From NCBI GenBank assembly GCA_963664225.1, contig OY760937.1, positions 3,008,001-3,072,000 of the forward strand: a stretch of DNA of 64,000 nt, in the 5' to 3' direction. The stretch is from Verrucomicrobiia bacterium. Lineage in GTDB: Bacteria; Verrucomicrobiota; Verrucomicrobiia; Limisphaerales; UBA1319. The first letter of the stretch is position 1, and each line of letters starts with the position of its first letter. This document shows positions 1-9,183 of this stretch, piece after piece. A program made the position numbers and the translations under genes. Below the pieces are notes generated by a model. It saw only the letters and a program-made list of their open reading frames with translations, was not told where the DNA came from and did no database searches.

Positions 1-46
1 AATTCTGTCATGCACCCGCGACGCCGCCTCATTTGTCATGGCAGGC

Positions 47-3000
47 TCATGCCACTGGCTCGCCATCGAATTGTTTCTGTTCCAGACGCGCCGCGGGCCG
101 GTCGAGGGCTTCGCGGCGCAGGACGAAATTCCATTTCCAGATCTGGTAAATCCCGGGGTAAACCAACAGTTCCAGCAGGAATGAGGTGAAGATGCCGCCA
201 ATCATCGGCGCGGCGATGCGCTTCATCACATCCGCGCCGGTGCCGACGGACCACATGATGGGAACCAGTCCCAGGAACATGGTGGCCACGGTCATGAACT
301 TGGGCCGGAGCCGTTGAACCGCGCCGTTGCGGATGGCGGCCTGCAATTCCACAAGATTGCGCAAGCGTCCCTGCTGCTTCGCCTGTTCGCAGGCGAGGTC
401 GAGATAGATCAGCATGAACACTCCCGTCTCCGCATCCACGCCCATCAGGGCAATCAGCCCCACCCAAACCCCGATGCTCATATTATAGCCGAGGAGGTAC
501 AGGAGCCAGATGGCGCCAACGGCGGAAAACGGCACCGCCAGCAGAACGATGCCCGTTTTGGCCAGAGAGCGCGTGTTCATATAGATCAGCGCCAGGACCA
601 GGAACAACGTCCAGGGAACGATCATCCTCAGGCGCTCTGTCACGCGCTCCATGGCCTCGAATTGTCCGCTCCATAATAACGCGTAGCCGGGCGGCAGGGC
701 CACCTGTTCGCGCAAGGCGCGATCGGCCTGGGCGATGTAGCCTCTGATGTCACTGCCTGATACATCCAGATGCACATAACCGGTCGGCAGTCCGTTTTCA
801 TTGCGGATCATCGAGGGCCCGGAGGTGAGACGCACGCGCGCGAGTTGCCCAAGTGGAATCTGTGCCTGCCCGTCGGCCGACGCGACGAGCACGCGTTCAA
901 TGCTGCTGACGTCGGAGCGAAAGTCGCGCAGGTAACGCACATTGACGGGATAACGTTCATGTCCATGAACGACGGTCGTCACGTTTTCACCGCCAATGGC
1001 GTTGGCCACGGCGACCTGGGCCTCGTCAACGGTCAGTCCGTAGCGGGCCAGGGCGGGCCGGTCCCAATCAATGTCCAGGAAGTAACCGCTGCCGGCGCGT
1101 TCGGCAAACACGCTGCGGGTCCCTGGCACTCCCTTGAGGACGTTTTCGACTTTCGTCCCGATTTCTTCCAGCACCGCCAGGTCCGAGCCGGAAATCTTCA
1201 GGCCCAACGGGGTTCGAAAACCGGTGGTGAGCATCTCGACACGGCCCTTGATGGGCATCGTCCAGCCGTTGGCCAGGCCGGGAATCTGCAGCGCGGCGTT
1301 CATCTGGTTGATCAACTCTTCCTGCGAAAGATGGTCGGGCGTGATGTGCCGCAGCACGCTCTTGAGCCACTCGGGAGACCAGGCCGAATACCAGGTCGGG
1401 ATGCGTCGCCATTCGCTTTTGGGCTTGAGGGTGATGACGGTTTCCAACATCGAGAGCGGCGCGGGATCCGTGGCCGTTTCAGCGCGGCCGGCCTTGCCCA
1501 GAACGCGGTCCACCTCCGGGAATTGTCGAATGATCCGGTCGGTGACTTGCAGGACCTTCTGGGCTTCCGCGATCGATATGCCGGGCATGGTCGAGGGCAT
1601 GTAAAGGACCGAGCCTTCCTCGAGCGGCGGCATGAATTCGGAGCCGAGCTTGAAGAATACCGGGACGGTGATGATCACCAAGGCCGCCGCGGTTCCGATG
1701 ACGAACCACTTGCGGTTCAGCGACCAGGTCAACACCGGGTTGTAGAGACGAATCAAAACGCGGCTGATGGGATGCGTCGATTCGGATCGGATGCGTCCGG
1801 CGAAAAGCGACGTGGCGATGCGACTCAGCCATTGGGGGCGAAATTTGAAGTTGCGGACATGGGTGAGCGTGACGCGCAGCGCGGGATCCAGGGTGATGGC
1901 CAGCAGCGCGGCGATGATCATGGACAGTGACTTGGTGTAGGCCAGCGGCTTGAACAGCCGCCCCTCTTCGGCTTCGAGGGTCAGCACCGGCAGGAACGAA
2001 ACCGCAATCACCAGCAGGGCGAAGAATGAGGGGCCGGCCACTTGTTTGATCGCGCGGACGACGACGTCCTGGTAATGACCGGGGCGACCCTCGCCCTCCC
2101 ATTTCTCCAGACCCTTATGCACCTGCTCGACGACGACAATGGCCGCATCCACCAATGCGCCAATCGCGATGGCCAGGCCACCCAGGGACATGAGGTTCGC
2201 GGTGATTCCCATGAGTCGGAAAGGGATGAAGGCGACCAGAATGGCAATGGGAATGGTGATCGCCGGGATGATCGCGCTGGGCGGATGCCACAGGAAAATG
2301 AAGACAATGAGAACAACCGTGATGATGACCTCGATCATCGTGGCTTTGAGATTGCTAATGGCCCGATGAATCAGGTCGGACCGGTCATACACCGGGACGA
2401 TCTTCACCCCCTGGGGCAGCCCGGGTTCGATCTCGCGAATCCGCGCCTTGACCCGTTCGATCACTTCGAGCGCGTTCTGGCCTTGTCGCATGATGACGAT
2501 GCCGGAAACCGCCTCGCCCCTGCCGTTGAGATCGGTCACGCCCCGGCGCAGGTCCGGACCGAAGGCGACCTGGCCCACATCGCGAATGCGAATGGGGGTG
2601 CCGTTGCGGCTTTCGAGCACGAGATCCTCGATGTCTTCCAGGGACCGGATGTAGCCGTGGCCTCTCACCATGTACTCGCTGCCGCCAAACTCGACCAGCC
2701 GCCCGCCAGTCTCCACATTTCCGGCGCGCAGCACATCCGCGATCCGGCGCACGGGGATGCCGTAAGCCTGGAGGCGGTTGGGGTCGAGGTTGACCTGGTA
2801 TTGTTTGCCAAAGCCGCCCACAGGTGCGACCTCGGCAACGCCCGGCACCGATTTGAGGTGGTAGTTCAGGTACCAATCCTGGCAGGCGCGCAGATCGGCC
2901 AGCGAGTTGGTCCCAGATTCGTCCACCAGCGCGTATTGATAAACCCAGCCCAGGGCCGTTGCGTCCGGTCCCAGCAAAGTCGTCACGCCCTGGGGCAGGC

Positions 3001-3355
3001 GCGGCGTCACTGCGGCGAGGTATTCCTGTATGCGCGCCCGTGCCCAATAGAGATCGGTGCCTTCTTCAAAAATGACATGGACGTACGAATAGCCGAAGTC
3101 GGAGAAGCCGCGGACCGCCTTGACTCTTGGCGCGCCGAGCAGCGCGGTGACAATGGGGTAGGTCACCTGGTCCTCCACCAGATCGGGACTCTGATCCCAG
3201 CGCGAGAAGACGATCACTTGCGTGTCGCCCAGATCTGGAATGGCATCCAGGTTGACATGCTGAAGGGACCACCACCCCGCAATGCAGGCCACACCGGTCA
3301 GGAGAAAAACCAGGAACCGGTTGCGCACCGAGAAATCAATGATGCGGTTTATCAC
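47..3355 (-). CDS. cusA: CusA/CzcA-family heavy-metal efflux RND permease
   Basis: 1102 aa; N-term MINRIIDFSVRNRFLV, LDAIPDLGDTQVIV, GPDATALGWVYQYAL, SEFMPPLEEG, RLRPKFMT, MKRIAAPMIGG match CusA. Confidence 0.95.
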   Translation of the reverse strand: MINRIIDFSVRNRFLVFLLTGVACIAGWWSLQHVNLDAIPDLGDTQVIVFSRWDQSPDLVEDQVTYPIVTALLGAPRVKAVRGFSDFGYSYVHVIFEEGTDLYWARARIQEYLAAVTPRLPQGVTTLLGPDATALGWVYQYALVDESGTNSLADLRACQDWYLNYHLKSVPGVAEVAPVGGFGKQYQVNLDPNRLQAYGIPVRRIADVLRAGNVETGGRLVEFGGSEYMVRGHGYIRSLEDIEDLVLESRNGTPIRIRDVGQVAFGPDLRRGVTDLNGRGEAVSGIVIMRQGQNALEVIERVKARIREIEPGLPQGVKIVPVYDRSDLIHRAISNLKATMIEVIITVVLIVFIFLWHPPSAIIPAITIPIAILVAFIPFRLMGITANLMSLGGLAIAIGALVDAAIVVVEQVHKGLEKWEGEGRPGHYQDVVVRAIKQVAGPSFFALLVIAVSFLPVLTLEAEEGRLFKPLAYTKSLSMIIAALLAITLDPALRVTLTHVRNFKFRPQWLSRIATSLFAGRIRSESTHPISRVLIRLYNPVLTWSLNRKWFVIGTAAALVIITVPVFFKLGSEFMPPLEEGSVLYMPSTMPGISIAEAQKVLQVTDRIIRQFPEVDRVLGKAGRAETATDPAPLSMLETVITLKPKSEWRRIPTWYSAWSPEWLKSVLRHITPDHLSQEELINQMNAALQIPGLANGWTMPIKGRVEMLTTGFRTPLGLKISGSDLAVLEEIGTKVENVLKGVPGTRSVFAERAGSGYFLDIDWDRPALARYGLTVDEAQVAVANAIGGENVTTVVHGHERYPVNVRYLRDFRSDVSSIERVLVASADGQAQIPLGQLARVRLTSGPSMIRNENGLPTGYVHLDVSGSDIRGYIAQADRALREQVALPPGYALLWSGQFEAMERVTERLRMIVPWTLFLVLALIYMNTRSLAKTGIVLLAVPFSAVGAIWLLYLLGYNMSIGVWVGLIALMGVDAETGVFMLIYLDLACEQAKQQGRLRNLVELQAAIRNGAVQRLRPKFMTVATMFLGLVPIMWSVGTGADVMKRIAAPMIGGIFTSFLLELLVYPGIYQIWKWNFVLRREALDRPAARLEQKQFDGEPVA

Positions 3356-3358
3356 ACC

Positions 3359-4822
3359 CTAACGTTCCTGCATTTTATGGTCTGATTTGGACATCGATGC
3401 CACCTGGTATTTCACTGGGCTTTCATCGAATTGCTTTTTGCAACTCTCGCTGCAAAACACAAACCGTTTTCCCTCATACTCACTGGTCAGTTGTGCGGTT
3501 TTTGCCCGGGCTTCGTTCACCTTCATCCCGCAGACTGGATCGGTCATCGGCCTGGATTGAACACCCGCAGCGGCCAATTTCATCCGGCTCTCGGAATCGA
3601 GCAGGAAATATCCTGACACCACAATACGTTCATCAGGCATCAGCCCCTTCACGATTTGGACCTGGTCCCCGTGGCTCCAGCCCGGTTCCACTTCGCGCGG
3701 TTCGAAAACGCCCGGCCCGCTCTCGACAAACAGGGTTTTGCGCATTCCCGAATCCAGGATCGCACTCCTGTTGACCACGATGGTCTCGGAATAGGGAACC
3801 GTCAGTTCCACGTCCACAAACATATCCGGGCGCAGCCGGTAATCGGCATTCCCGACTTCCAGACGCACCTGCAGGGCGCGCGTCACCGGGTTAAACTGGG
3901 GAAGCCCGTTGCAGACTTTCGCCTCCAGCGGGGCGCTTTCCCCGTGGATGCTCACACGGGCGGCCGTGCCGGGCTTCAAGTCCCGCGCCTCATCGCCAAA
4001 AACATCCGCCACAATCCACACATGGTTCAGCTCTCCCACGCGGAAAAGTTCCGTGCCACGGTCGAACCGCAACCCGGGAAAGGCGTTTCGAGCAAGAACC
4101 ACGCCCGCGACCGGGGACCGTAGCTCGATGTTCCGGGCAATCTGCCGCGTGCGGGCGATCTCCTGAATCTGCGGCTGGCCCATGCCCAGAAACTCCAGAT
4201 TCTCCTCGGCGGATCGGATCTGAACCTGGGTCATTTTGATTTGTTCCGCGCTTTCCGTATCCTTCGCCCGATCCATGGTGTTGAGCGCATAGAGGTAGGT
4301 CTGCTGCGCGGTCAGGAAGTCCCGGTTATAGTAGGTGGCCAGTATTTCGTCCTTCTGCACAAGGCTTCCCGATACTATGGGACCGGAGCTGCGAACCCAC
4401 CCATCCACCGCCGACGCCACGCGATACACGCAGGTCTCATCCAGTGCCACCTTGCCCAGCACCCGGACCACCCGCGTTCCAGAGGTCTTTTGAGCGCGCG
4501 CCACTTCCACCCCGATGAGCTGTTGTTTTTCAGGGGTGATTCTAACACTTCCCGCAGGCAGGGAGGCGGGCGCGGACGTTCCATTCGCTCCCGCCGCCGC
4601 ATCCGCATACACCGGTTCCATTTTCATCCCGCAGGGCGCCAGGCCGGGCTTGTCCGACGTGTGGGCCGGATTCATCGGGTCCACGTAGTAAAGAATCTTG
4701 TGGGTTTCCAGGGATTCGTTGAAGGCAAAGTCCCGATGGCCATGCCAGGTGCCAGCCAGAAAGGCCGCAATCCCAACCAATCCAACCAAACCGATTATTG
4801 CCGGAAATCGAAATTGTTTCAT
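3359..4822 (-). CDS. cusB: CusB-like RND periplasmic adaptor with N-terminal heavy-metal-binding motif and C-terminal YHS domain
   Basis: YYVDPMNP...APCGMKMEPVY motif; membrane-fusion core (LRPDMFVDV); C-term DPVCGMKV...YEGKRFVFCSESCKKQF; ends 3 bp before cusA. Confidence 0.92.
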   Translation of the reverse strand: MKQFRFPAIIGLVGLVGIAAFLAGTWHGHRDFAFNESLETHKILYYVDPMNPAHTSDKPGLAPCGMKMEPVYADAAAGANGTSAPASLPAGSVRITPEKQQLIGVEVARAQKTSGTRVVRVLGKVALDETCVYRVASAVDGWVRSSGPIVSGSLVQKDEILATYYNRDFLTAQQTYLYALNTMDRAKDTESAEQIKMTQVQIRSAEENLEFLGMGQPQIQEIARTRQIARNIELRSPVAGVVLARNAFPGLRFDRGTELFRVGELNHVWIVADVFGDEARDLKPGTAARVSIHGESAPLEAKVCNGLPQFNPVTRALQVRLEVGNADYRLRPDMFVDVELTVPYSETIVVNRSAILDSGMRKTLFVESGPGVFEPREVEPGWSHGDQVQIVKGLMPDERIVVSGYFLLDSESRMKLAAAGVQSRPMTDPVCGMKVNEARAKTAQLTSEYEGKRFVFCSESCKKQFDESPVKYQVASMSKSDHKMQER

Positions 4823-4844
4823 GCGCCCTAAAACCGCATCGAAG

Positions 4845-4872
4845 AAACCCCGGCGTCTTGACGCCGGGGTTT
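4845..4872 (-). terminator. Intrinsic terminator-like hairpin between oxidase and cusB
   Basis: Perfect 13-bp inverted repeat AAACCCCGGCGTC-tt-GACGCCGGGGTTT, reading into TTTCTT on the minus strand, just after the oxidase stop. Confidence 0.7.
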
Positions 4873-4898
4873 GTCCTCTGCCGTTGGTCTTATCAATT

Positions 4899-7166
4899 CT
4901 AATCTCGATGGCCTTGGCCCCGGGCGGGTGTCACGATCATCGCGTGCATCATGTCATGCTCTTCGTGTTCGAGAATGTGGCAGTGCCACACAAACTCGTA
5001 TCCCTTGACGCCATAGCTGGCCAGCAACCGTGGACTGTACGGCGCATTGCCTGGAGGCAGATCGAACTTCATATCCACAGTGACCACCTCGCCGGGATTC
5101 ATCCGCACTGTTTCTTTCCAGCCCGCCTCGTTTCCGTCGGGTCCGCGTCCCGTGTTCGGAATGGCGAAGGGCATTCCATGCGCATTCAAGAGCGGCACGG
5201 TTTCCCCGGACGAATTTGTCCCGAAGGCCCATTGCTCCCGTTTCCGAACGGCCACATTGACCAGATGGAAGTGCATCGGGTGCGTGTCCCCCGTGAAGTT
5301 GAAGATTTGCCACCGCTGAACCTCGCCGTCCTCCGCCACTTCCGTCGGAGTGGAAACAAACATCGCCGGATTCGGCGCGCCGATCAATTGACGCAGGCGT
5401 CCGAATTCATCGAAGTCCTCGTTCAGAGTCTTCACCTTGGCCGGAGTTTTGGGGAATATCAGCATCGACGGCTGCGTCAGCGCGAAGGTGATCGGAAGCG
5501 CCAGTTTCAGCGTGTTCAACGTGTTGGTGAAATTCAATTCGCTCACCGTCTTCGAGCCGACCTTGAACTTCATGATGATCCGGGTGTCGGGACCCTGGCC
5601 GGCCAGATTCGCGGGCGCCCCGCCGATGCTGCTGAGGTCCGGGCGGCCGGTGTAATAGTCGTTGCGGATGTCCCCGCATGGGAACGGTGCGGGCGCGTCG
5701 TTGTAAAGAATGATCTCGCTGCCGGGCGCTACATCGCGGAAATCGACGATGATGTCCGCCCGTTCCGCCGGAGCCAGCAACAGGTTGTAGCGGTTGACAT
5801 TGCCCAGCGTCGGGTCGCTGGCTCCAAAGCGAGAGGTCGTCTTGAAACCCAGCGGTACGGCCGGATCGTTGAGCACCACCGGCTGCAACAGAAAACCGCA
5901 CTCATTGCCAATCTGGATCATTCTCGGTCCCGAGGCGTTCGTGGGAATCTGAAGCGGGTTTCCGTTGGGGTCCACCTCGGTGAGCGACGGCGCCAGCGTG
6001 ATCCCGTCGGCGGAACCATCCGCCTTGTAAAGCATCAGATTGAAGAACCGCGCCTGCGACCCGTTCAGTAGCCGGAACCGGTATCTCCGCCGATCGACCG
6101 GCAGCACCGGATAGGGAGCCCCATTGACCAGCATGGTATCCGAGAAGAATTCGGGAACCGTCGAGATCGGAGGAGTGACAATTCCTGGATTGTCCCACCG
6201 GCCCGTTCCACTCGTGCTCAGGTTGGGATCCGAGAACAGCATCGAGGGCAGGGGCGGCACTTCATAGGCGTGCGGATACCACAGGCTGCCCGCCACGGCT
6301 CCGGGCGCGCTTTGGTTGTAGAGCGGATCGGTGGCGGTGGCGCCGCCATCCCAGAAGGTCTTATCCTGGATGACCAGCGGTATCCCGAGTGGGAACGCGC
6401 CGCCATGATTCGGCAGAATTTGGCGGCGAACCAAGTCCGCTTCAGCATCGTCGGTGATCAGGTAGGCGCTGGCCAGGCCCGCATACGCATTGAGCCGGGT
6501 AATCCCATGCGCGTGATCATGATACCATAGGAAACGCGAGCTCTGGTCGTTGGGATAATCGTAGATTGCGGCACCCGGCTCGGCCCCGTTGAGATAGCTT
6601 GCGCCATGCAAAAAGTTGTTCGCACTCGAATACCATGCGTATGGGCCGCCGTCACTGGTCCAATGGAGCAGGCCGCCGTGAAGGTGGACGGCCATGCGGT
6701 CCGGACGTGCTTCGTTTACGATCGTATTGTCGAGCGCAGTCGGATCAATCGGCAGGATGTGCTGGCCCGGCAATTGGTTGATCATCTTGAGCTTCACCGG
6801 TCTCCGCCGTTTGGCCACAATGATCCCGCCCAGATACTTGCTATCGGGCGACTTGGCATCCGCGTAACCCCAGAAGGTCGTCGGCGGGATGTCCGGATGT
6901 AACTGCTGGGTGAACTGTTTGGCCACGACTTCGTAATAGTCCGTGCCTTTGTGCTTTTGGGTGTCTGGTGTCAGCACCGGAATGTAGTTTCCGAAATTGT
7001 TTGCCCCGCCCGGCCCGAGCGCTGGCAATCCCACAAGGAACTTGCGAATGCCCGCCGGGCTTTGGCTGTAGGGGAAGGCCATGTTTGGAAGGAGCGTGAT
7101 GCCAGCTCCGGCAAGGGCCGTCCGTTTCAGGAACTGTCTTCTGCTGAATTTGCTGTAGTTACTCAT
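4899..7166 (-). CDS. Tat-exported multicopper oxidase (CotA/bilirubin oxidase-like)
   Basis: Tat signal SRRQFLK; all four Cu motifs HLHG, WYHDHAHG, HPMHFHL, WHCHILEHEEHDMM; start set at 7166 behind a GGAGG RBS. Confidence 0.93.
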   Translation of the reverse strand: MSNYSKFSRRQFLKRTALAGAGITLLPNMAFPYSQSPAGIRKFLVGLPALGPGGANNFGNYIPVLTPDTQKHKGTDYYEVVAKQFTQQLHPDIPPTTFWGYADAKSPDSKYLGGIIVAKRRRPVKLKMINQLPGQHILPIDPTALDNTIVNEARPDRMAVHLHGGLLHWTSDGGPYAWYSSANNFLHGASYLNGAEPGAAIYDYPNDQSSRFLWYHDHAHGITRLNAYAGLASAYLITDDAEADLVRRQILPNHGGAFPLGIPLVIQDKTFWDGGATATDPLYNQSAPGAVAGSLWYPHAYEVPPLPSMLFSDPNLSTSGTGRWDNPGIVTPPISTVPEFFSDTMLVNGAPYPVLPVDRRRYRFRLLNGSQARFFNLMLYKADGSADGITLAPSLTEVDPNGNPLQIPTNASGPRMIQIGNECGFLLQPVVLNDPAVPLGFKTTSRFGASDPTLGNVNRYNLLLAPAERADIIVDFRDVAPGSEIILYNDAPAPFPCGDIRNDYYTGRPDLSSIGGAPANLAGQGPDTRIIMKFKVGSKTVSELNFTNTLNTLKLALPITFALTQPSMLIFPKTPAKVKTLNEDFDEFGRLRQLIGAPNPAMFVSTPTEVAEDGEVQRWQIFNFTGDTHPMHFHLVNVAVRKREQWAFGTNSSGETVPLLNAHGMPFAIPNTGRGPDGNEAGWKETVRMNPGEVVTVDMKFDLPPGNAPYSPRLLASYGVKGYEFVWHCHILEHEEHDMMHAMIVTPARGQGHRD

Positions 7167-7554
7167 GACCGCCTCCATCTAGTATGGTTCGCTGTTGACT
7201 GATACTGCATTTGTTTGCCGCCCCAATTGAGTCAGGTCGGCTTGGACCAAACTTCCAGGCTTCAATGCCCGCCCATGAAATCCCCCCACTCTGTTCCCAC
7301 TGACCATCCCCTTTATGAAGGCATGAGTCGCTTGAAGGTTGATTGATTCTCAAAGTAGGTGAACGGCTCCTTTATAACAATAGGGGCGGGTACTATCGAT
7401 GCGTAGGATGGCGTCCTATTAAATTATTCGAATCGACGAAGGCCGCCGGAATAAGTTCCCGCAGCATGAATGGTGAGGCGAGCGACATATTCCTTCTGCA
7501 ATAGTGACCAGCCCAAAAAATGCCGGTGGAGTAGTTAGCGTGACTGCCATCCCC

Positions 7555-7584
7555 GGAGAGCCGGTCTCCAGACCGGCTTACCGC
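7555..7584 (+). repeat. REP hairpin downstream of RAYT
   Basis: GGAGAGCCGGTCTCCAGACCGGCTTACCGC; same palindromic core as the 8497-9005 copies. Confidence 0.85.
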
Positions 7585-7628
7585 CTGCGAATCACCATAC
7601 GGGTGATAATCTCCCCATATCGGCCTTC

Positions 7629-8456
7629 TTAAATCTCTGTCTTTTTTTCGCGTAAATTCGACTGTTGTTCAATATTGCGGGTCGGCAGACGCAGCACGGC
7701 ATAATCATCGCGATACCGTGCGCTGCTCCATGGCCAGACCTTTGCCTCGCCAACCAATCCAGCTTTGACGGGATTGGTTTCGATGTAGTGCAAGGCTTTT
7801 CGGCGCTGATCTTCGCTTCTAATCAAAGTATCCCAATATTCCCGTTCCCAGAAACTTCCTTCACGCCGTATTTTCTTATTTCCCTCACGCGCGACAAATC
7901 CCTTCCAACTCTTTACGAGCGCCGATAACGGTGTTTCCCATATCTGTAAGATTACGTGAACATGATTTGGCATGATGACCCACGCGTCCAGTTCATACCG
8001 CTGTCTGTCGAAAAACCGCAGTGCTGCGTCGGCCAGTTGCGCCAGGTTGGGATCTCGAAGCCAGCAAGCCCCATGCCCCATGTCCAAATAGGCCTCCAGG
8101 CGCTTGCTCCGTTCACGCCTGTCAACCAAACGCAACAAGGCTTCCCACTCGTTCCGACGGTTGGCTGGCATTGAGTCCCAAAGCCGAAAAGTGACGAACT
8201 GTGTCACGCCAGGAAAATCGCAGTGCGGCAAAATACCCCGTTGATGCCATCCGAGAAAACCTTTCGCCTTTACTTCTTCGTTCAATGGCTCATACCAGAC
8301 GCGTTTTCCTTCCACGAGTTGCTGCAAACCCGGATTGAAGGGAGGGCTCGAGCGCGCATATCGATGGGCAGAGGCTGGCTTTCTGTCCTTGGAGCTAGGT
8401 TCAGCAGGTTGGGCTTCACTTGGCTGATCCGGATTCATTTCAAAACGGTTGGTCAA
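7629..8456 (-). mobile_element. REP-associated tyrosine transposase (RAYT/TnpA-REP, HUH Y1 family)
   Basis: RGILPH..FVTFRL, WVIMPNHVHVIL (HUH), FWEREYWD..IR, YIETNPVKAGL..WPWSS; flanked by REP hairpins. Confidence 0.9.
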
Positions 8457-8493
8457 TTTGTTTGTCCAAAGTCCATTTAAATTCAGCCCATCG

Positions 8494-9106
8494 TTCGGAG
8501 TGCCGGTCTCCAGACCGGCTTACCGCGTTCGCACCACATCACGTCCACCCAATGACCACAATCCATCAGGTCGCCTCAATCTACCGTTTCTGCCTTTCTT
8601 TCACCGTTTCTCAATCCCACGCCTGATGCTGACAAAAAACCAGCGCACCGGTCGGAGTGCCGGTCTCCAGACCGGCTTACGGCGTTATTGAATCCAACGG
8701 TTCCAAATGCGCCGCAGGCCCCGCACGCTGCGGTCTTCGGAGTGCCGGTCTCCTGACCGGCTTACCGCGTCCGAACTACCTCATGTCCAACCAATCACCA
8801 CAATCCATCAGGTCGCCTCAATCTACCGTTTCTGCCTTTCTTTCACCGTTCCTCAATCCCACGCCTGATGCTGACAAAAAACCAGCGCACCGGTCGGAGT
8901 GCCGGTCTCCAGACTGGCTTATGGCGTTATTGAATCCAACGGTTCCAAATGCGCCGCAAGCCCCGCACGCTGCGGTCTTCGGTGTGCCGGTCTCCTGACC
9001 GGCTTACCGCGTCCGAACTATCTCACGTCCACCCAATCACCACAATCCATCAGGTCGCCTCAATCTACCGTTTCTGCCTTTCTTTCACCGTTCATCAACC
9101 CCACGC
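8494..9106 (+). repeat. Tandem array of ~2.5 x 242-bp units holding five REP hairpins
   Basis: GGAGTGCCGGTCTCC(A/T)GACCGGCTTA-type copies start at 8497, 8654, 8739, 8896 and 8981 (period 242 bp, gaps alternating 157/85); inter-REP sequences are also repeated. Confidence 0.95.
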
Positions 9107-9183
9107 CCCAAGCCGGTTAAATATCGGTGCATCGTCCGGTGTTGCATTCGTTCGGATGCCAACCGCCAACCGACTCCTGACCC

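Noticed and set aside
8497..9010. CRISPR array
   Set aside because: The spacers are themselves duplicated, alternate between two lengths that are too long, and no cas genes are present; the adjacent RAYT explains the repeats.
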